This document shows positions 12,261 to 25,951 of a stretch of 64,000 bases of DNA, piece by piece. The stretch's first letter is position 1; each line of letters begins with the position of its first letter. A program made the position numbers and the translations under genes. Below the pieces are notes generated by a model that saw only the letters and a list, made by a program, of their open reading frames with translations, ran no database searches and was not told the DNA's origin. The stretch is from Octopus vulgaris (taxonomy: Eukaryota), in assembly GCA_951406725.2 (NCBI GenBank), contig OX597826.1, positions 8,990,001 to 9,054,000 of the forward strand, written 5' to 3'.

Positions 12261-12817
12261 TATTTTACTAAATTCTACATTATTTTCAAAATTAATTAGA
12301 ACAAAGAAAAGTATTTCTACAGAGATTTTGGAACAAAAAGGTTAATCCTGTAGTTTTCAATCTTCTCAATTTAGTTGCACACTGGAAATTAAATAAAAAA
12401 AAAAACATTACTGGCACTCTGGAGATTAAATAAGAGAAATGACTGGTATGCTTTGTATGAAAAGTTAAACGAAACTATGTTTTAAAGTTTTTTTTAAAAA
12501 ATTATATAAAAAATATAAAATAAAAACCTAGTTTTATTAATCATATTTTTGCATAACAAAATTATGGAATAGCACATTTTTCGAGATGTTCAAGCATTAT
12601 TGTGGATTTTGTAAAGTCTTAAATTACATTAAAAAAAAATATCTCTATTGTACACCTACACGGCACATCAATGTATTGTTGTATGCTTTTTGAGAACCAT
12701 GATATTAAGATAACATTTGAGTTTTTGCTTCACTACTGCAAAGTCTGCAGTATAAACTGTTAATTATATCACATTTTTACATGAATTGTAAAAAAATGTT
12801 TCCCATATATATATATA

Positions 12818-12982
12818 GGCGCAGGAGTGGCTGTGTGGTAAGTAGCTTGCTAACCAACCACATGGTTCCAGGTTCAGTCCCACTGCATGGCATCTTGGGC
12901 AAGTGTCTTCTGCTATAGCCCCGGGCCGACCAATGCCTTGTGAGTGGATTTGGTAGACGGAAACTGAAAGAAGCCTGTTGTA

Positions 12983-13014
<32 letters not shown>

Positions 13015-13226
13015 AGTGTATGTGTTTGTGTTTGTCCCCTAGCATTGCTTGACAACTGATGCTGGTGTGTTTACGTCCCCGTCACTTAGCGGTTTGGCAA
13101 AAGAGACCGATAGAATAAGTACTGGGCTTACAAAGAATAAGTCCCGGGGTTGATTTGCTCGACTAAAGGCGGTGCTCCAGCATGGCCGCAGTCAAATGAC
13201 TGAAACAAGTAAAAGAGTAAAAGAGA
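12818..13226 (+). mobile_element. SINE family B, full length and young-looking
   Basis: tRNA-like head GGCGCAGGAGTGGCTGTGTGGTAAG...GGTTCAGTCCC, CORE-like CTTGGGCAAGTGTCTT, central (TA)n, tail (GTAAAAGA)2. Confidence 0.9.
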
Positions 13227-13519
13227 TATATGTGTGTGTGTGTGTGTGCATATATATATATATAGCAATGTAGTTAAGGTTATTTTGCAACCAAATGCCT
13301 TCAGGTTTAATGTCATTGTATGCTGCCTTGGGCAAGTATCTTCTTCCCATGCCTTGCGAGTGAACTTAGTAGACAGAAACTGTGCAGAGACCTGTCATAT
13401 ATAATTGTGTTTGTGTCTGTCTTATATTGCTTGATAACATGTGTTAGTTTATTTACACCCCTCTAACTTAGTAGCTCAACAAAAGGATATTGACAAACTG
13501 AGTATCAGATTTTAATCAC

Positions 13520-13922
13520 CCACTAACTTGCTCTCTTCAGTCCTCGGTCCACTTCACTCCCCCACCTCCCTGTCACATCTTCAGCATCTCTCTCTCTCTC
13601 TCTCCTCTTTTTTCACTTAAGGTTAGCCATGTTTCTCCTCTGATGCAAGACACTTTTTTGCTGTCCCTCAATACTACCCCCTACCTCAGTTGAATGTGTT
13701 TTGTCTTGCAAGTTACTTGGTGATCCCACTGCTGTTGGTGCCACACAAAAAACACTCAGTACACTCTGTAAAATGGTTGGCATTAGGAAGGGCATTCAGC
13801 TGTAGAAACCATACCAAAGCAGGCAACAGGGAATGATGTAGCCTTCTGACTTGCCAATTACTGTCCAACCATCCTACTCACACTTGCCTGGAAAACAGAT
13901 GCTAAACAATGATGATAATGAA
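13520..13922 (+). mobile_element. RTE LINE 3' UTR/tail fragment
   Basis: Matches ~43600-44095 downstream of an RTE ORF; GGTTGGCATTAGGAAGGGCAT motif and (GAT)n tail. Confidence 0.7.
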
Positions 13923-15958
13923 GTACCAGGGTTGATTTGTTCAACTAAAACCCTTCAAGACTGTTTATCAGAATGTCCACAGTCCAGTGATTGAAGGGAT
14001 TTTTTTTATTCCTGAGATACTGGAATATTAAAAACAGAATTTTAGTCATTTCTTCATTGATGTTATTTATTGGTAGTACCATATTTATTGGTAGTACCAT
14101 ATTTTATTCCATTGTATTTCTCACTTGCTTTATTAAAACTCATCATTTTGCTCACACATTGCAATACTTTACTGTCTGTCTGTGTGTTGCTTGCTCCCAG
14201 GAATATTTGTTGGTACCAGTAGCCACGTGTCTGAATAAAAATAACGACTATTTGTTAAAAATTACACACTGCTTTATTCTTTTTTGTTCTGAACTATTGA
14301 AGCAGATGTTCGTCTGATATTTCTAAACATCTGTGGCTTCGAATGTCTCAGGCAAGCTATTGTAATGCTTATACATACAGTTTATTGTTCTTTTACTGAT
14401 TTTATGTTAGGGAAGTACCGTCAAAGATATATGTCCGTTATATGACTCCATTACTTTGTATGATCATTATCAACCCTCACAGAAGGATAAATGGTGAAGG
14501 TGTCAATTACTGAAATGCCAGTTGTCAACTGATGAGAAACACGGACATCTATACTCATTTGGCATGGATAGAAATACCCAAAATATTCTTTTACAGTGAC
14601 CTTTAGGTCACCCAAGGCCTGTACATATGCATGCACACACACACTCACACACTGTCTACATGTGGCTAAAAGGTTTGATTTGCAACCATGTGGTTCGAGA
14701 TTTGATCCCACTGTACAGAAACATGAGCAAGTATCTTCTGCTGTTATCTTGGTGGGTGACCAATACCTTGTGAGTAGAATTTGGTAATCAAAATTTATGC
14801 AAATGTCTTTCACATTTTGTTTGTGTGTGTATTTGTGTTTACCATTATTATAAAACAAGTGTTGTGTCAAATAAAAAAAAAAATTACAAGTTACCATGTC
14901 AATAAATATGCATCAATGCAATAAGTACCAGACTGAAATAAATACTGGGGTTGAAAATTTGTGAGGAAGGTACCTTAGCTCGACTGTGAGTCCTATGACT
15001 GAAACCTGTAAAAGGTAAAGAGAATGAATGTATTTATTTGTTTATTAATGAGCACTTGTATGTAATGCATGCCCTTCATTGTGAGCTATGACATCCAGAA
15101 AAAAAGCATCATATCTAATATGCTCTGACTTTTCTTTGCTGTTATAGTATATAAGAAAAGTGTTTAGTGAGGTGTATAGTAATTGCTGTCTAAAATACAT
15201 TGAAAAATGCATACATCTTGAGCAAGATAAAAAGCAAATTCAAAACTGGCCTTTTAACTTTACTGGCAAGAACATCGAATTACTGTTGTCAGCCTTCCCA
15301 ATGGAAGGCTATCGTTATAAAAAGACATTTTGCAGAATATCAGAAAACTTTCATTATCGAATATGTTCACTTGAATACTTTTGTTATTAAATACTTTTGA
15401 TTTTTCCATAAAAAAAATAGTGACGGTTTATTATAACAATTATTGTATTTCAGGAATAGAAGTATATATTTCTTGTAATTTATTTTCACATTTTGATAAT
15501 GACAGTATTTATGTATTATCCTTATTAATTATTTATTAATTTCATCTTCAGTTTAAATAATTAAAGTAGAAAGTAATTACATTCTAATTAAAGCATTTAA
15601 AGAATAGAAGTTTTTATATTTCATGTTCACATTCAGCCAATGGAAATATATTTTTAGATAACGAAATTATTACATTCTGACTTGTCCCCTGCTAAAGGTT
15701 GATGGCAATAAAAGCATGGGACCCCTGGTTGCAAACTCTGTTGAATATTTAATATGTTGTCACTAACATAAATATATTAAAAAAATGTAACATTATTATC
15801 ATGATTTTTAACTTTGTTACATATCAGTTAATTTCCAGTCATGCTGTTGTGGATATTGTGAATGAGAAAATATAGGCAACACTTAATTCTTGTGTTTAAT
15901 GACATTTAGGCTTAAAAATTTTGGGAAAAAGTATATGGTGAGTGTGTAATGCATAAAA

Positions 15959-15993
<35 letters not shown>

Positions 15994-15996
15994 GTT

Positions 15997-16859
15997 TGTT
16001 GCCATAGTAATGAAGCTGAAGCATGCAGAGTGGAGCCACTTGGCACAAATTGATCTTGAACTCTGCTGTGCATGCACACTGTTTTAACATTCTAGCTCAT
16101 TTCTGCTGTTTACAGCAGTGCTTGGAAGGAAGGTGTGTAGCGTGTGATTGTCGCATTAACAATGACAGAGAAAGCTGAGCAGAGAATCTGCATCAAATTT
16201 TGCCAAAAGCTTGGCGATACCTGCTCAGAGGCCTCTGCAATGTTTTCAAAAAGTTTTCATCATTCTCGACACAATTGAGATCTCATGCAATTGAAACCCG
16301 AGTGTATTTTTGGTCAGCTAAAAGCAGTTTTGGCACTAATTTGGCAGACATGTGTCTCGTACTCAAATCTTCAGTGATGATGGACTGAAGTGAACCATAC
16401 CTAATCTGCACATCCTCTGATAACTCACAGATGGTGATTCGACGATATCCACTCACAGCTGCATGCACATCTGTAATGTTTTTCTCAGATCTGTTGGTTG
16501 TGGGTCTCCCAGAACATTTGTCAATATTGACATTTTTTTTCAGCCATCTTAGAAATGTCTGAACAACTCATACACTTGTGTGCAGCTCATACACTCCTCT
16601 CTAAACACTTTCTGCAACTTTGTGCAGGCCTCTGAGCAGGTATTGCCATGACAACTTTCTCTGTCATGGTCAATGTGATGATCACATGCTACACACCTTC
16701 CTTCCAAGTACTGCTGTAAACAGCAGAAGTGAGCTAGAATGTTAAAACTTAGTGTGCATGCACAGCAGAGTTCAAGATCAGTCTTTGCCAAGCAGCTTCA
16801 CTCTGCATACTTTAGCTTCCTTACTATGTCAACAGTCCAGATATTTATTGATCAGACCT

Positions 16860-16861
<2 letters not shown>
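15997..16861 (-). mobile_element. Mariner-derived foldback element made of two 5' ends
   Basis: Arms ~15997-16235 and ~16627-16834 are inverted repeats; both begin a transposase N-terminus. Confidence 0.9.
16242..16667 (-). pseudogene. Mariner transposase N-terminal (HTH) remnant
   Basis: ECMSCTQVYELFRHF..G..NIDKCSGRPTT, RRITICELSEDVQIRYGSLQSIITEDL and SAKLVPKLL (WVPHEL-like linker); the + arm from 16162 reads MTEKAEQRICIKFCQKLG. Confidence 0.9.
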
Positions 16862-16909
<48 letters not shown>

Positions 16910-16913
<4 letters not shown>

Positions 16914-17105
16914 CGCCATGATAGATCGTTAGCCACTACACACATTTTTTCCTCTCCTTGTTTTTTCTGTGTCCCTTTCTGTAGAAGAGCGAAGGCTCGA
17001 AACGTAAATGACTTTTTCTATTCCTGTTCGTTATACTAATACATCTGTTTGTTTTGTACACCAACTGTCTTCGTCTTTTGTTGTTTTTTTTCGTAAACTC
17101 TCCCT
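16910..17105 (+). mobile_element. ~190-bp Penelope-like/retrozyme-like element with a hammerhead-like motif
   Basis: CTGTAGA-A-GAGC-GAAG-GCTC-GAAAC-GTA at 16979-17006; homologous copies at 48540 and 55264. Confidence 0.65.
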
Positions 17106-17673
17106 ATATATATATATATATCAGTATGTTTTTATTGAAATACCAGTTGTCAAACAGTGAGAGACAAACACAAAGATACAAACACACAAGTGTGATGATC
17201 TGAAGTATATTTTTCATTAATCAAATTCACTCATAAGGCATTGTTGGCATGGAACTGTAATAGAAAACACTTGTCCAAGGTATTGCACAGTGGCACTAAA
17301 TCTAAAATCTTGTAATTGTGAAACAAACTTTAACCACGCAGCCATGCATGTGTGGGCAAATGTTTCTACTACAGCTCCCGGCTGACCAAAGCCTTGTGAT
17401 TGAAATTGTTAGACAGAAACTGAAAAGAAGTTTATTCTAATTTATGCATGTATATGTCTCTTTGTTTTGATATTGTGCACTATCTGTAAACAAATGTCAC
17501 TGTTTTACAGTATCATTTGTGTGTAATGAAAACATGTCCTGACTAGGGAAAACATTGCCTTTTTGAAAAGAAGTGAAGGTTGGTAACAGGTAGAGCATCC
17601 AGCCATAAAAGAAAATCTGCTTCACTGAATTTCATTTAAACATGCACACACAGAAAAGTAGACATTAAAACAA

Positions 17674-17719
<46 letters not shown>

Positions 17720-18639
17720 AGAATATATATATATAGAGAGAGAAAAATCTTAGGGTGGTATTTTAATAGTTACATGCCAGTGACACATAAAAAGCACCCA
17801 ATACATTCTGTAAAGTGGTTGGTGTTAGGAAGGGCATCCAGCAGTAGAAACCAACCTGAAACAGCTGGTGTCTAGAGCAGCTCTCTGGCCTACCAGTATC
17901 ATTTAACTCTTGCCAGCAGGGAAAATATGTTAAATGATGATGGTATGGATTTGCAACTCATCAAACTTGGAAAAACAGATATAAAGATGATGATGATGAT
18001 GTACTCCAGCATGGCCACAGTCAAATGGCTGAAACAAGTAAATGAATAGATGTGTGTGTGTATGTGTATAGAGTTATAACTCAGTAACTGACTACTATCC
18101 AGGTAATATAGTTTGTAGATTAAAGGGAAATCAGAATGTACACAATGTATCAAGTGTCATGAATCATTATGTATCATGGGGAACATCACAGCAAGAAAAC
18201 TCCTGCCATTGCATTCCAGGAAATTACCATTTATAAGTGTGCTCAGCTTCTGTCATGTGCAGTTAACAAAGTTGTTCAAGGGAGATAACTCCCTATATAA
18301 CAATATGCCAGAATATCCCACGGTTGAGTAGTTCACAGGCATCAGTATTTTAAATCTAACTCTTGGGTAATGTGATATTGTATGTTACAAGATTGGTTCT
18401 TTGAATTACACGTACACCCCCATCTAATGCGCTAATACATTTTTTTCTAGCTACCCAATTTCATTCACAAAGATTCAGGAAACTCAAGGCACTGGTAGCA
18501 GATATTTCCCCCCAAAGATGTTGTGTCATAGAATCACACACAAAATCTCACAATTGCAATCAAACAGCTGAGTAATAGTGAAATACACTCAGTAACAATC
18601 ACTCAAAATATTTTGTGGTATGTAATTGTATTTTATTAT

Positions 18640-19065
18640 TATGGCTGGGCTCCGACCTGGGCTGCAGCAACAAAGTCCACCTGTCACATTTCTCGGTCCA
18701 TCATCACTACCTTGAGATCCAGGTTACATTCTGAGTCAGTGTCTGCAATCAAGTTGTCGATGTAAGTGTGATGACATTTTCCTCTTCTTGCATCACCATG
18801 AAGTGGCTTCCAGTTCAGTGTAGCGCATGCAGTGACCAAATAGCTGCAGCTGTCTTTGCCTGATATTCTTGCTAACTTTCAGTAGGTCTCCACAAAGGCA
18901 TTCATTTGTCATATGTTGCTGCCATTTCACTTTAGGGCCATTCATAGCATCCTTGTATAAGCTTCCATTTATCCTATTTAATAATCTCTTTGTCAGCATC
19001 CATGTCTCTCTGCCATATTAAAAACACTGATTTAACAGTTGCAATGAACAGCTTGATTTTGATTG
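18640..19065 (-). pseudogene. RTE-type LINE C-terminal fragment (different family)
   Basis: IKLFIATVKSV..YG.ETWMLTKRLL.RING ... VKWQQHMTNE.L.GDL.KVS..IRQRQLQLFGHCMR ... TYIDNL. Confidence 0.85.
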
Positions 19066-20646
19066 TATAATACATCTGTTCTGTAGTATTATAATCTTAG
19101 ATGTCATCTCGGTAGAAATATCAGCTTAATAATTGCCACTTTTTGTTTGTTTTGTAGTTTGGTTGAGATTTGACATCTGTGGAGACGTATTGAAAACTAG
19201 TCAGTAATTGCACGTTTTGGGAGTTTAGCCTTGCAATGACTATAAAGGTTGTTTGACTAATTAAGTGCAAGATAACTGGCGGATATATATAATTACTTTG
19301 AATCATTTCAGGAAAGTTATTTTATACCATGAGTTAGGAGTTATATATTTATAAACCTTATTTTGAATAAATCTTTATTTTTTCTTTTTTGATATATATT
19401 GTGAAAGCTTTAGATAATGTTTTCCTACTCTCAGAAATAATTAAAAACACACAAAAAATCACATATAGACTTGTACACACATACACATGTACACAAACTC
19501 ACACACACACGCACACTAAATAAAAAAAAATTCTACGTTAACACAGTCACCTACTTTTGTAGCGTGTAAGCTAGGAATGTATCGAAGGATATTATCTAGG
19601 CCCACCCAGCCTGAAGTAGGTTAGCTACTGCTGCACCTGGTTGGGATTTCTGAGAGGGTTTTCAACTAGCCACTCCCTGATTTGAATGAAGTGATAAAAA
19701 CAAGTGCTAATGTTTCCAGTGTCATTTTCCACAGATAATATATTTTCACCACTGCCAACATCAGCATTGACTTCAACAAAGAAATAATTCTCATCGAGTG
19801 TTATACAAATTAGTTACCACAAAATTAAGCATTTTTTTAAATCATAATCATCATTTTATTTTTCCATGCTAGCATGATTGGATTGGTCATAAGTTCACGT
19901 CAATTCTTATTTGGAGTTACAGCTCCTCTTTGATGGGCTGGGAATTGTGTCTTATTTATTTGTATAGTTCCATTTTTGGCAAATATTTTCATATATTTTT
20001 TGTATTGCTTTGCCAGATTCTTGATGTGAATTCATATGTTGAAACAAATCTTATGTCATACTTAATGACCCTCCTAAGACCCAACAACATTCTCATGTTT
20101 AACCCCTTAAATAGTAAAAAAGGAAGCTTCTGTGCCATCACTTGGTCTATTAGAAACAGCTGTCTAGTCTTCCTCTCATTCTGGTCCACATTAAAACCAC
20201 CCAGCACACTCATGCTGGTACCATATTAAAAGCACCCAGCACACCCTGTAAAGTGGTTGGCATAAGGAAGGGCATCCAGTCATAGAAACCAAGCCAAATT
20301 AGACTGGAACCTGGTGCAGCTCTTCGGCTTACCAACTCTGGTCAAACTGTGCCAGCACAGAAGATGGATATTAAAGGATAATAATGCTAGCATGGTCATA
20401 TAAAAGCATTTTGCTTTGCAGTCACATTCTGGGTTTGATCCCATCCTGTGGCATCTTTGCCAAGTGCCTTATCTCAACACAGGCCCTGTTGGTGAAGTGT
20501 TTGGAGAATGGGAAATGTGCAGAGGCCTCTATGACATTCTCTGTCTGATGGAGGATGATTTAGTCTGGTTTAACACTATCACCTCACCTTTGAGTGCCTA
20601 TAACAGGGTTAATTTTGATACAAGCATTCAGGTTAAGTCTCTAGTC

Positions 20647-21317
20647 CAGGGGTTGGAAAACTTTTTTAACCAATTACCCCCAAATATATTTATGCCAACA
20701 TTACCCCCTTGATTTGGAAAGAAAATCACAGATTCTTTGAATTCAAAAGGCTTATTGTATCTATTTATATAGAGTATACAATTATAAATATAAAAAGTAT
20801 AAAACAAGTGCGATAAAATAAATTCTTTATTATGAAACAAAAGGATTTTTCTCGAAACTTTTTCATTTCAGGTTTTGGATAAAGGATGTGTTTATTTTTG
20901 TTTCAATTATATCAAAATTGGGGCATTTTGATGCAGGAGCAATTTGAATACAGTCTTCAGGATCCAATTGATTTCATTAAAGGGTTAAATTGAATAACTA
21001 TTTAAATTTAATCAAAGCAAAAACATGTGTATCAAAAAGTAAGATTAAGGCGGATTATAGAAAGCTGACAAATAATATCTATTAAGATACTTGACAACGC
21101 CTTAGCAACCAGATAGTTTGTAGTTCAAAATGATTTGACGTCTCCTAAACATGTCCATTACATTGGACAGATGCAGTGTTGCCAGAAGAAAAATTTCTGT
21201 TGTAACAAAGAACACGCTTTTTATATAATTTTACATTTGTCTAATGAGTCCTCATTACTCCTAAGCATTTCACTTTTACCCCACATGGGGTAATTTTCCC
21301 CAGTTCCTCAACCCCTG
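20647..21317. mobile_element. hAT non-autonomous element, possibly with a transposase C-terminal remnant on the - strand
   Basis: CAGGGGTTG ... CAACCCCTG TIRs; perfect 8-bp TSD CTCTAGTC at 20639 and 21318. Confidence 0.9.
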
Positions 21318-22737
21318 CTCTAGTCCTTTAAAGAGAATAAACTGGATGATATGGTCCTTAATACACTATCTAAAAAAAAAAGAAAAAGATATAATGGTCA
21401 AGACTGGAGTGTTTTTGATCATGGGTTTGCTTGATCAGTGAAGAATTGGCTGCAAATAACAGCAACCATCTTTTAAATAGCTTACATTGATCTGAGTTAA
21501 AATATCTTATTGCTTGTTGCTAATAGCCTACCTGGTGTTGCCTGTACATATTTTGAAAACTGTAACATAGCTGGATGTTCAAAGAAAATAGATTAAGTCT
21601 ACCACTCAGAAACAAAGAAGGTTTGATCTAATGAGCTTTCACACATTTTTTAATCAGCCAAATTTTAAACTTAACAATTAAAAAAAGAAATTAAAATAAA
21701 GGAACAAATTCTTAAATCCCAAGTTCCATACAGTGGGATTGAAACAACAACTACATAATTGTGAAGTGAATTTCAGCAGGACCATACATCCAATATTAAA
21801 GGTGGTTAAATGGGATTTAATGTATTTTGATTCCTGAATGAGGAAAATGACTATAGAATAGAAACCTACATAATAATGTAGTTATTACAAAGCAGCAGTA
21901 TAGCCCCCTAGAGTTCTGTTTTGATTCCCATTGATGTTGTGATCAAATTTTCTAATATATTGTTATGATCAAATAGCATAGACACTATGATCATAGCATC
22001 AATGCTTTGTTCAAATGCATCGAAGCTTAGACCTATTCTATCTAAGGGTATGGAGGATTGCATTATCTGTTGTGTCCTTTCTTATTTAAGATTGTAGGAT
22101 ATGATTTGAGGGATATTTAGGTACTGTTTCTAGCAGTTCAAACCACATTGTTGAGGTTTGGGGAAAAGACATTAACTTCACAATAACATCACAACACAGC
22201 ATTTTTCCTCTGCACAGCCTTTTCGGATCAGATATACTAGAAAGAAACCCTACATTTGAATTATTAAGAAGATAATTATTTTGATTAGGTACAAAAGTAG
22301 CTTATAAGGAAGATGATGAAACAATTAAATTAAAGCTAGTATTAAACTGAGACTTAATTTATTGATTCTATAAATGCGGAAAATCTAAATCAGCCTCAGG
22401 AGGATTTTCACTCAGAGAGTTGTGCAATGAACCATAAAGTCACTAAATCCTGGGTTTTTTTTTTTTTTTGTAATTTTATTTATTTTCTACATTTCTAGTA
22501 ACTTACAATAAATTAGTCATTACTGCAGTGGACAAAATGCTTCGTGATTTTTCATCTATTGTTGTTTTGAGTTCAAATTCCACCGCGGTTGACTTTGCCC
22601 TTTCTTCCTTTCGGGGGACAAAATGCTTAACAGCATTTCTTCCAGGTTTACACTCTGAGTTCCAAGAGCACTAAGGCCAGTGTAATCAAGTAGCCTCCTT
22701 CCATCAAATTTCAGGTCTTGTGCTCTAGAAGAAAGGT

Positions 22738-23095
22738 TTATTACCTCCGCCTTAGTGAAGGTGGAGGTATTGTTTTCAGTCATGTTTGTTTGTCCGTGGA
22801 AAAGATATCTCAAGAATCACTGGATTCAGATGAAGCTTTCAAGGATGTTTGACCTCGTGACTGGCATGAACTGATTAGATTTTGGAATCGATCCGGTACC
22901 GGACAAGGATTCTGGATTATTTTTCAGATTTTTACTTAATTTTTGAGAGCGGTCAAATTCATTTTAGTATTCTCATTTGTGAGAGCAGTTGAGTTTATTT
23001 CAGATATTCTCATTTTAAAGATCATCTCTGCCTAATCATTGGGAGGACATTGGTGTTGCCTTGGCAGAGGTTTGCACTCTCTGAGTGCTCTTGTT
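22738..23095 (+). mobile_element. Helentron-associated / DINE-1-like non-autonomous element
   Basis: 5' hairpin ACCTCCGCCTT..AAGGTGGAGGT, (GTTT)n, 3' subterminal GGCAGAGGT plus hairpin GCACTC-TCT-GAGTGC, T-rich ends. Confidence 0.8.
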
Positions 23096-23209
23096 TAGTT
23101 ATAATTCTACGTTTTTGAATTCAAAATCTACCTTACTTTTCATCCTTTGGGGGCAATGAAATAAGTATCAACTGGTTCTTTCCTTCAAAATTGTGTTTTA
23201 GTAACATTC

Positions 23210-23700
23210 ATCATCATCATCATCATCATTATTTAATGTCTGCTTTCCATACTGGTGTGTATTGGATGGTTTGACCGGAACTGACAAGCCAGAGGATTGC
23301 ACCAGGATCCAGTTTTTGTTTTGGCAAGGTTTCTATGGCTAGATGCCCTTCCTAATGCCAACCGCTTGACAGTGAGTTGGGTGCTTTTATGTGGTGCCAG
23401 CATAGGTGGGTTTTTTTTATGCAGTACTGAAACATGCATTTTCACATGGTGCTGGCATAGGTGCTTTGTTTACATGGCACCAGCACAGATGCTTTTCCCA
23501 TGGCACCAGTACCCAAGGGGTTGTCAAGTGGATTGCAAGACAAGGTCATCTCAGTTGAGAGAAGGAGAGGAATTGAGAGAGAAGTGGCTGTGTGTCAGGC
23601 AAGAGTTTGGAGTATTATAGAGCGACAAGTATCGCAATTTACTATGGAGTAGATACTTGGCTACCCAAGTAGGACAAGGAAGCAGTAGAAGAGAAAGAGA
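23210..23700 (-). mobile_element. RTE 3' UTR/tail element with an internal degenerate minisatellite
   Basis: (CAT)n tail, GATGCCCTTCCTAATGCCAACC motif, about 5 repeat units at 23378-23512. Confidence 0.7.
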
Positions 23701-23860
23701 GTGAGAGAAAGAAAGATAGACTTATATTTTTATTTTTTATTTCATTTATCTGATTTCTGTGCAAACACCCACACCCACTTTTTGTTACCTGTTCTTGTAA
23801 TGTCCTCATTCATTGTCTTTGCTGCTATAATTAAGAAATGATTATTATGATTATTATGAA

Positions 23861-24420
23861 GGTGGCAAGCTGGCAGAATCATTTAGTATTCTGAGCAAAA
23901 TGCTTTGTAGCATTTCATCCATCTTTATGTTCTGAGTTCAAATTCCACTGAGGTCGCCTTAACCTTTCATCCTTTCAAGGCCAATAAAATAAGTACCAAT
24001 TGAGCACCGGGGTCAATGTAATTGACTTACCCCCTACCTTGAACTTATTGACCTTGTACCAAAATTTAAAATCATGAAAATGCTTTGAGATATGTTTCAT
24101 CTTTTTACATTCTGGTTTCAAATCCTGCTAAGGTCAACTTTATCTTTCACCCTTTTTGGGTCAACAAAATAAAGTACCAGAATTGATGGCATTGACTAAT
24201 CTCCTCTTTTCAAAATTGTGCCTAAATTAGAAACCAAGATTTGCCAGAATCATTAGTTACTGCAAACAAAATGCTTAACATTTCTTCTGAGTTTAAATTC
24301 TCCCAAGGTTGACTTTGCCTTTCATCCTTTTGGCATTGATATAAGTACCAGTTGATCACTGAGGTCAATGTTATAGAATTTCTCAAATTGCTGACCTTGT
24401 GCCAAAACTTGCAACCATTA
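23861..24420 (+). mobile_element. Three tandem degenerate family A SINEs
   Basis: Repeated AAAATGCTT...TTCTGAGTTCAAATTCC...CTTTCATCCTTT blocks near 23900, 24080 and 24270. Confidence 0.7.
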
Positions 24421-24999
24421 TCATCATCATCATTGTTGTTGTTGTTATTTGTAGCATTTAAAATTCTGTACAATTGTGAACAATTCTAAAAGTATGGACA
24501 GGAAATGGAATAGACTAAGGACAAATAAACATTATCACCCCTTCAAATCCTGCAACAATATCAAAGTAATAACAAAGAGATCATTCATATCTATTCCTCC
24601 TCTCGAAAACCAGTTTAAATTTATTTTATTTTTTCTGTTAGCATTTAGGGCTGGCTCAGATCTGGCCTGTACAATTCCCAATGTTAGCTTAAGTGGTAGG
24701 CTCTTGGTAGTATTTTAGTAATTTATTTACTTGCTCCTTTGTGGTATCAAATAACCAAACATTGCACTGTGGCATCGTTAGTTATAGGACATGACTAACA
24801 GTCAGTCCATGATTTCGTCTTTGAAAGTTTTTTTGTTTTTTTGTTTTATGTGGGGGAGGTTCATAAACAGAGGCCAGAGAATTTTTTTATTTTTTTATTT
24901 TAAAAGTAGGTGCTGGGAAGTGAAAGAACTCCCCCCCCCCCCGCCAGCTCTTCCAAGAAATCATGGCTTATAAGTCATCTGATCTTTTTGAAAAAAATA

Positions 25000-25272
25000 A
25001 ATATATGCATACTTGCATGTGCACTTATATGTATGTAATGTACATTTGCATGTATGTATGTGCACTTTGAGCGTGTATATATATATATATATGTGTATGT
25101 GTATATATATCTATATATATATATGTGTATATATATCTATATATATATATGTATATATATATGTATATATATATGTGTATATATATATATGTATGTATGT
25201 ATGTATATATTTGTGTGTGTATGTATATATATATGTGTGTGTATACACACACACACACACACACACACATAT
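25000..25272. repeat. Compound TA/TG/CA microsatellite
   Basis: Direct inspection. Confidence 0.95.
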
Positions 25273-25899
25273 AGTGTAATTTCATTTGAAAGTAAGCAGA
25301 TGGTGTGGTTTATTCTGGTCTTATAGTAAGCAAATGGAATATATTATACCTTCAGGATATGTTACTTAATAATATTGTTGTTGGTTGGTTGGTTGGTTGG
25401 TTGGTTGGTGGTTCTGCGATAGAATATTTGAAATTCTTACAAAAAGCTACCTAACCAAGACAATACAAGACAGTGGAAAATGCTGTGAAAAACAGAATGT
25501 CTAATTGGCTACTTTACTGTATCTAGGTTACTGTTTCAGTGTTCTGAAATCCCATAACAAGGTTTTGACTTCATCTTTCATCCTTTTAGCTGTCGATCAA
25601 AACAACAGTAAAATGATGGAGTGAATGAATATTATATCTGATTGGATGCTTCTATGAAAAACTAAACTCATACAATGTTAAGAAAAAAACAACAAGAAAA
25701 TGCAATTAATGAATACATTTTCATTGAGATTGTACAGGTGTGATTTTGGGGTAAGAAGTTTGCTTCGCAACCAGATGGTTCTGGGTTCAGTACTACTGTG
25801 TGATACCATGTACAATGTCTTCTACTATAGCCTCAGTCTGACCAAAGCCTTGTGAGTAGATTTGGTAGACAGAAAATGGAAGAAGCTTGTGTGTGTGTG

Positions 25900-25949
<50 letters not shown>

Positions 25950-25951
<2 letters not shown>

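Larger units (their letters stand above)
11092..12345. mobile_element. TTAA-flanked MITE related to 8923-9152, interrupted by nested insertions
   Basis: TTAACCCTTTTG start and AAAAAGGTTAA end; removing 11394-12262 restores AGTTATTTTACTAAATTC as at ~9064. Confidence 0.75.

Noticed and set aside
14064-14099. 18-bp tandem duplication TATTTATTGGTAGTACCA
   Set aside because: Simple slippage duplication with no further structure
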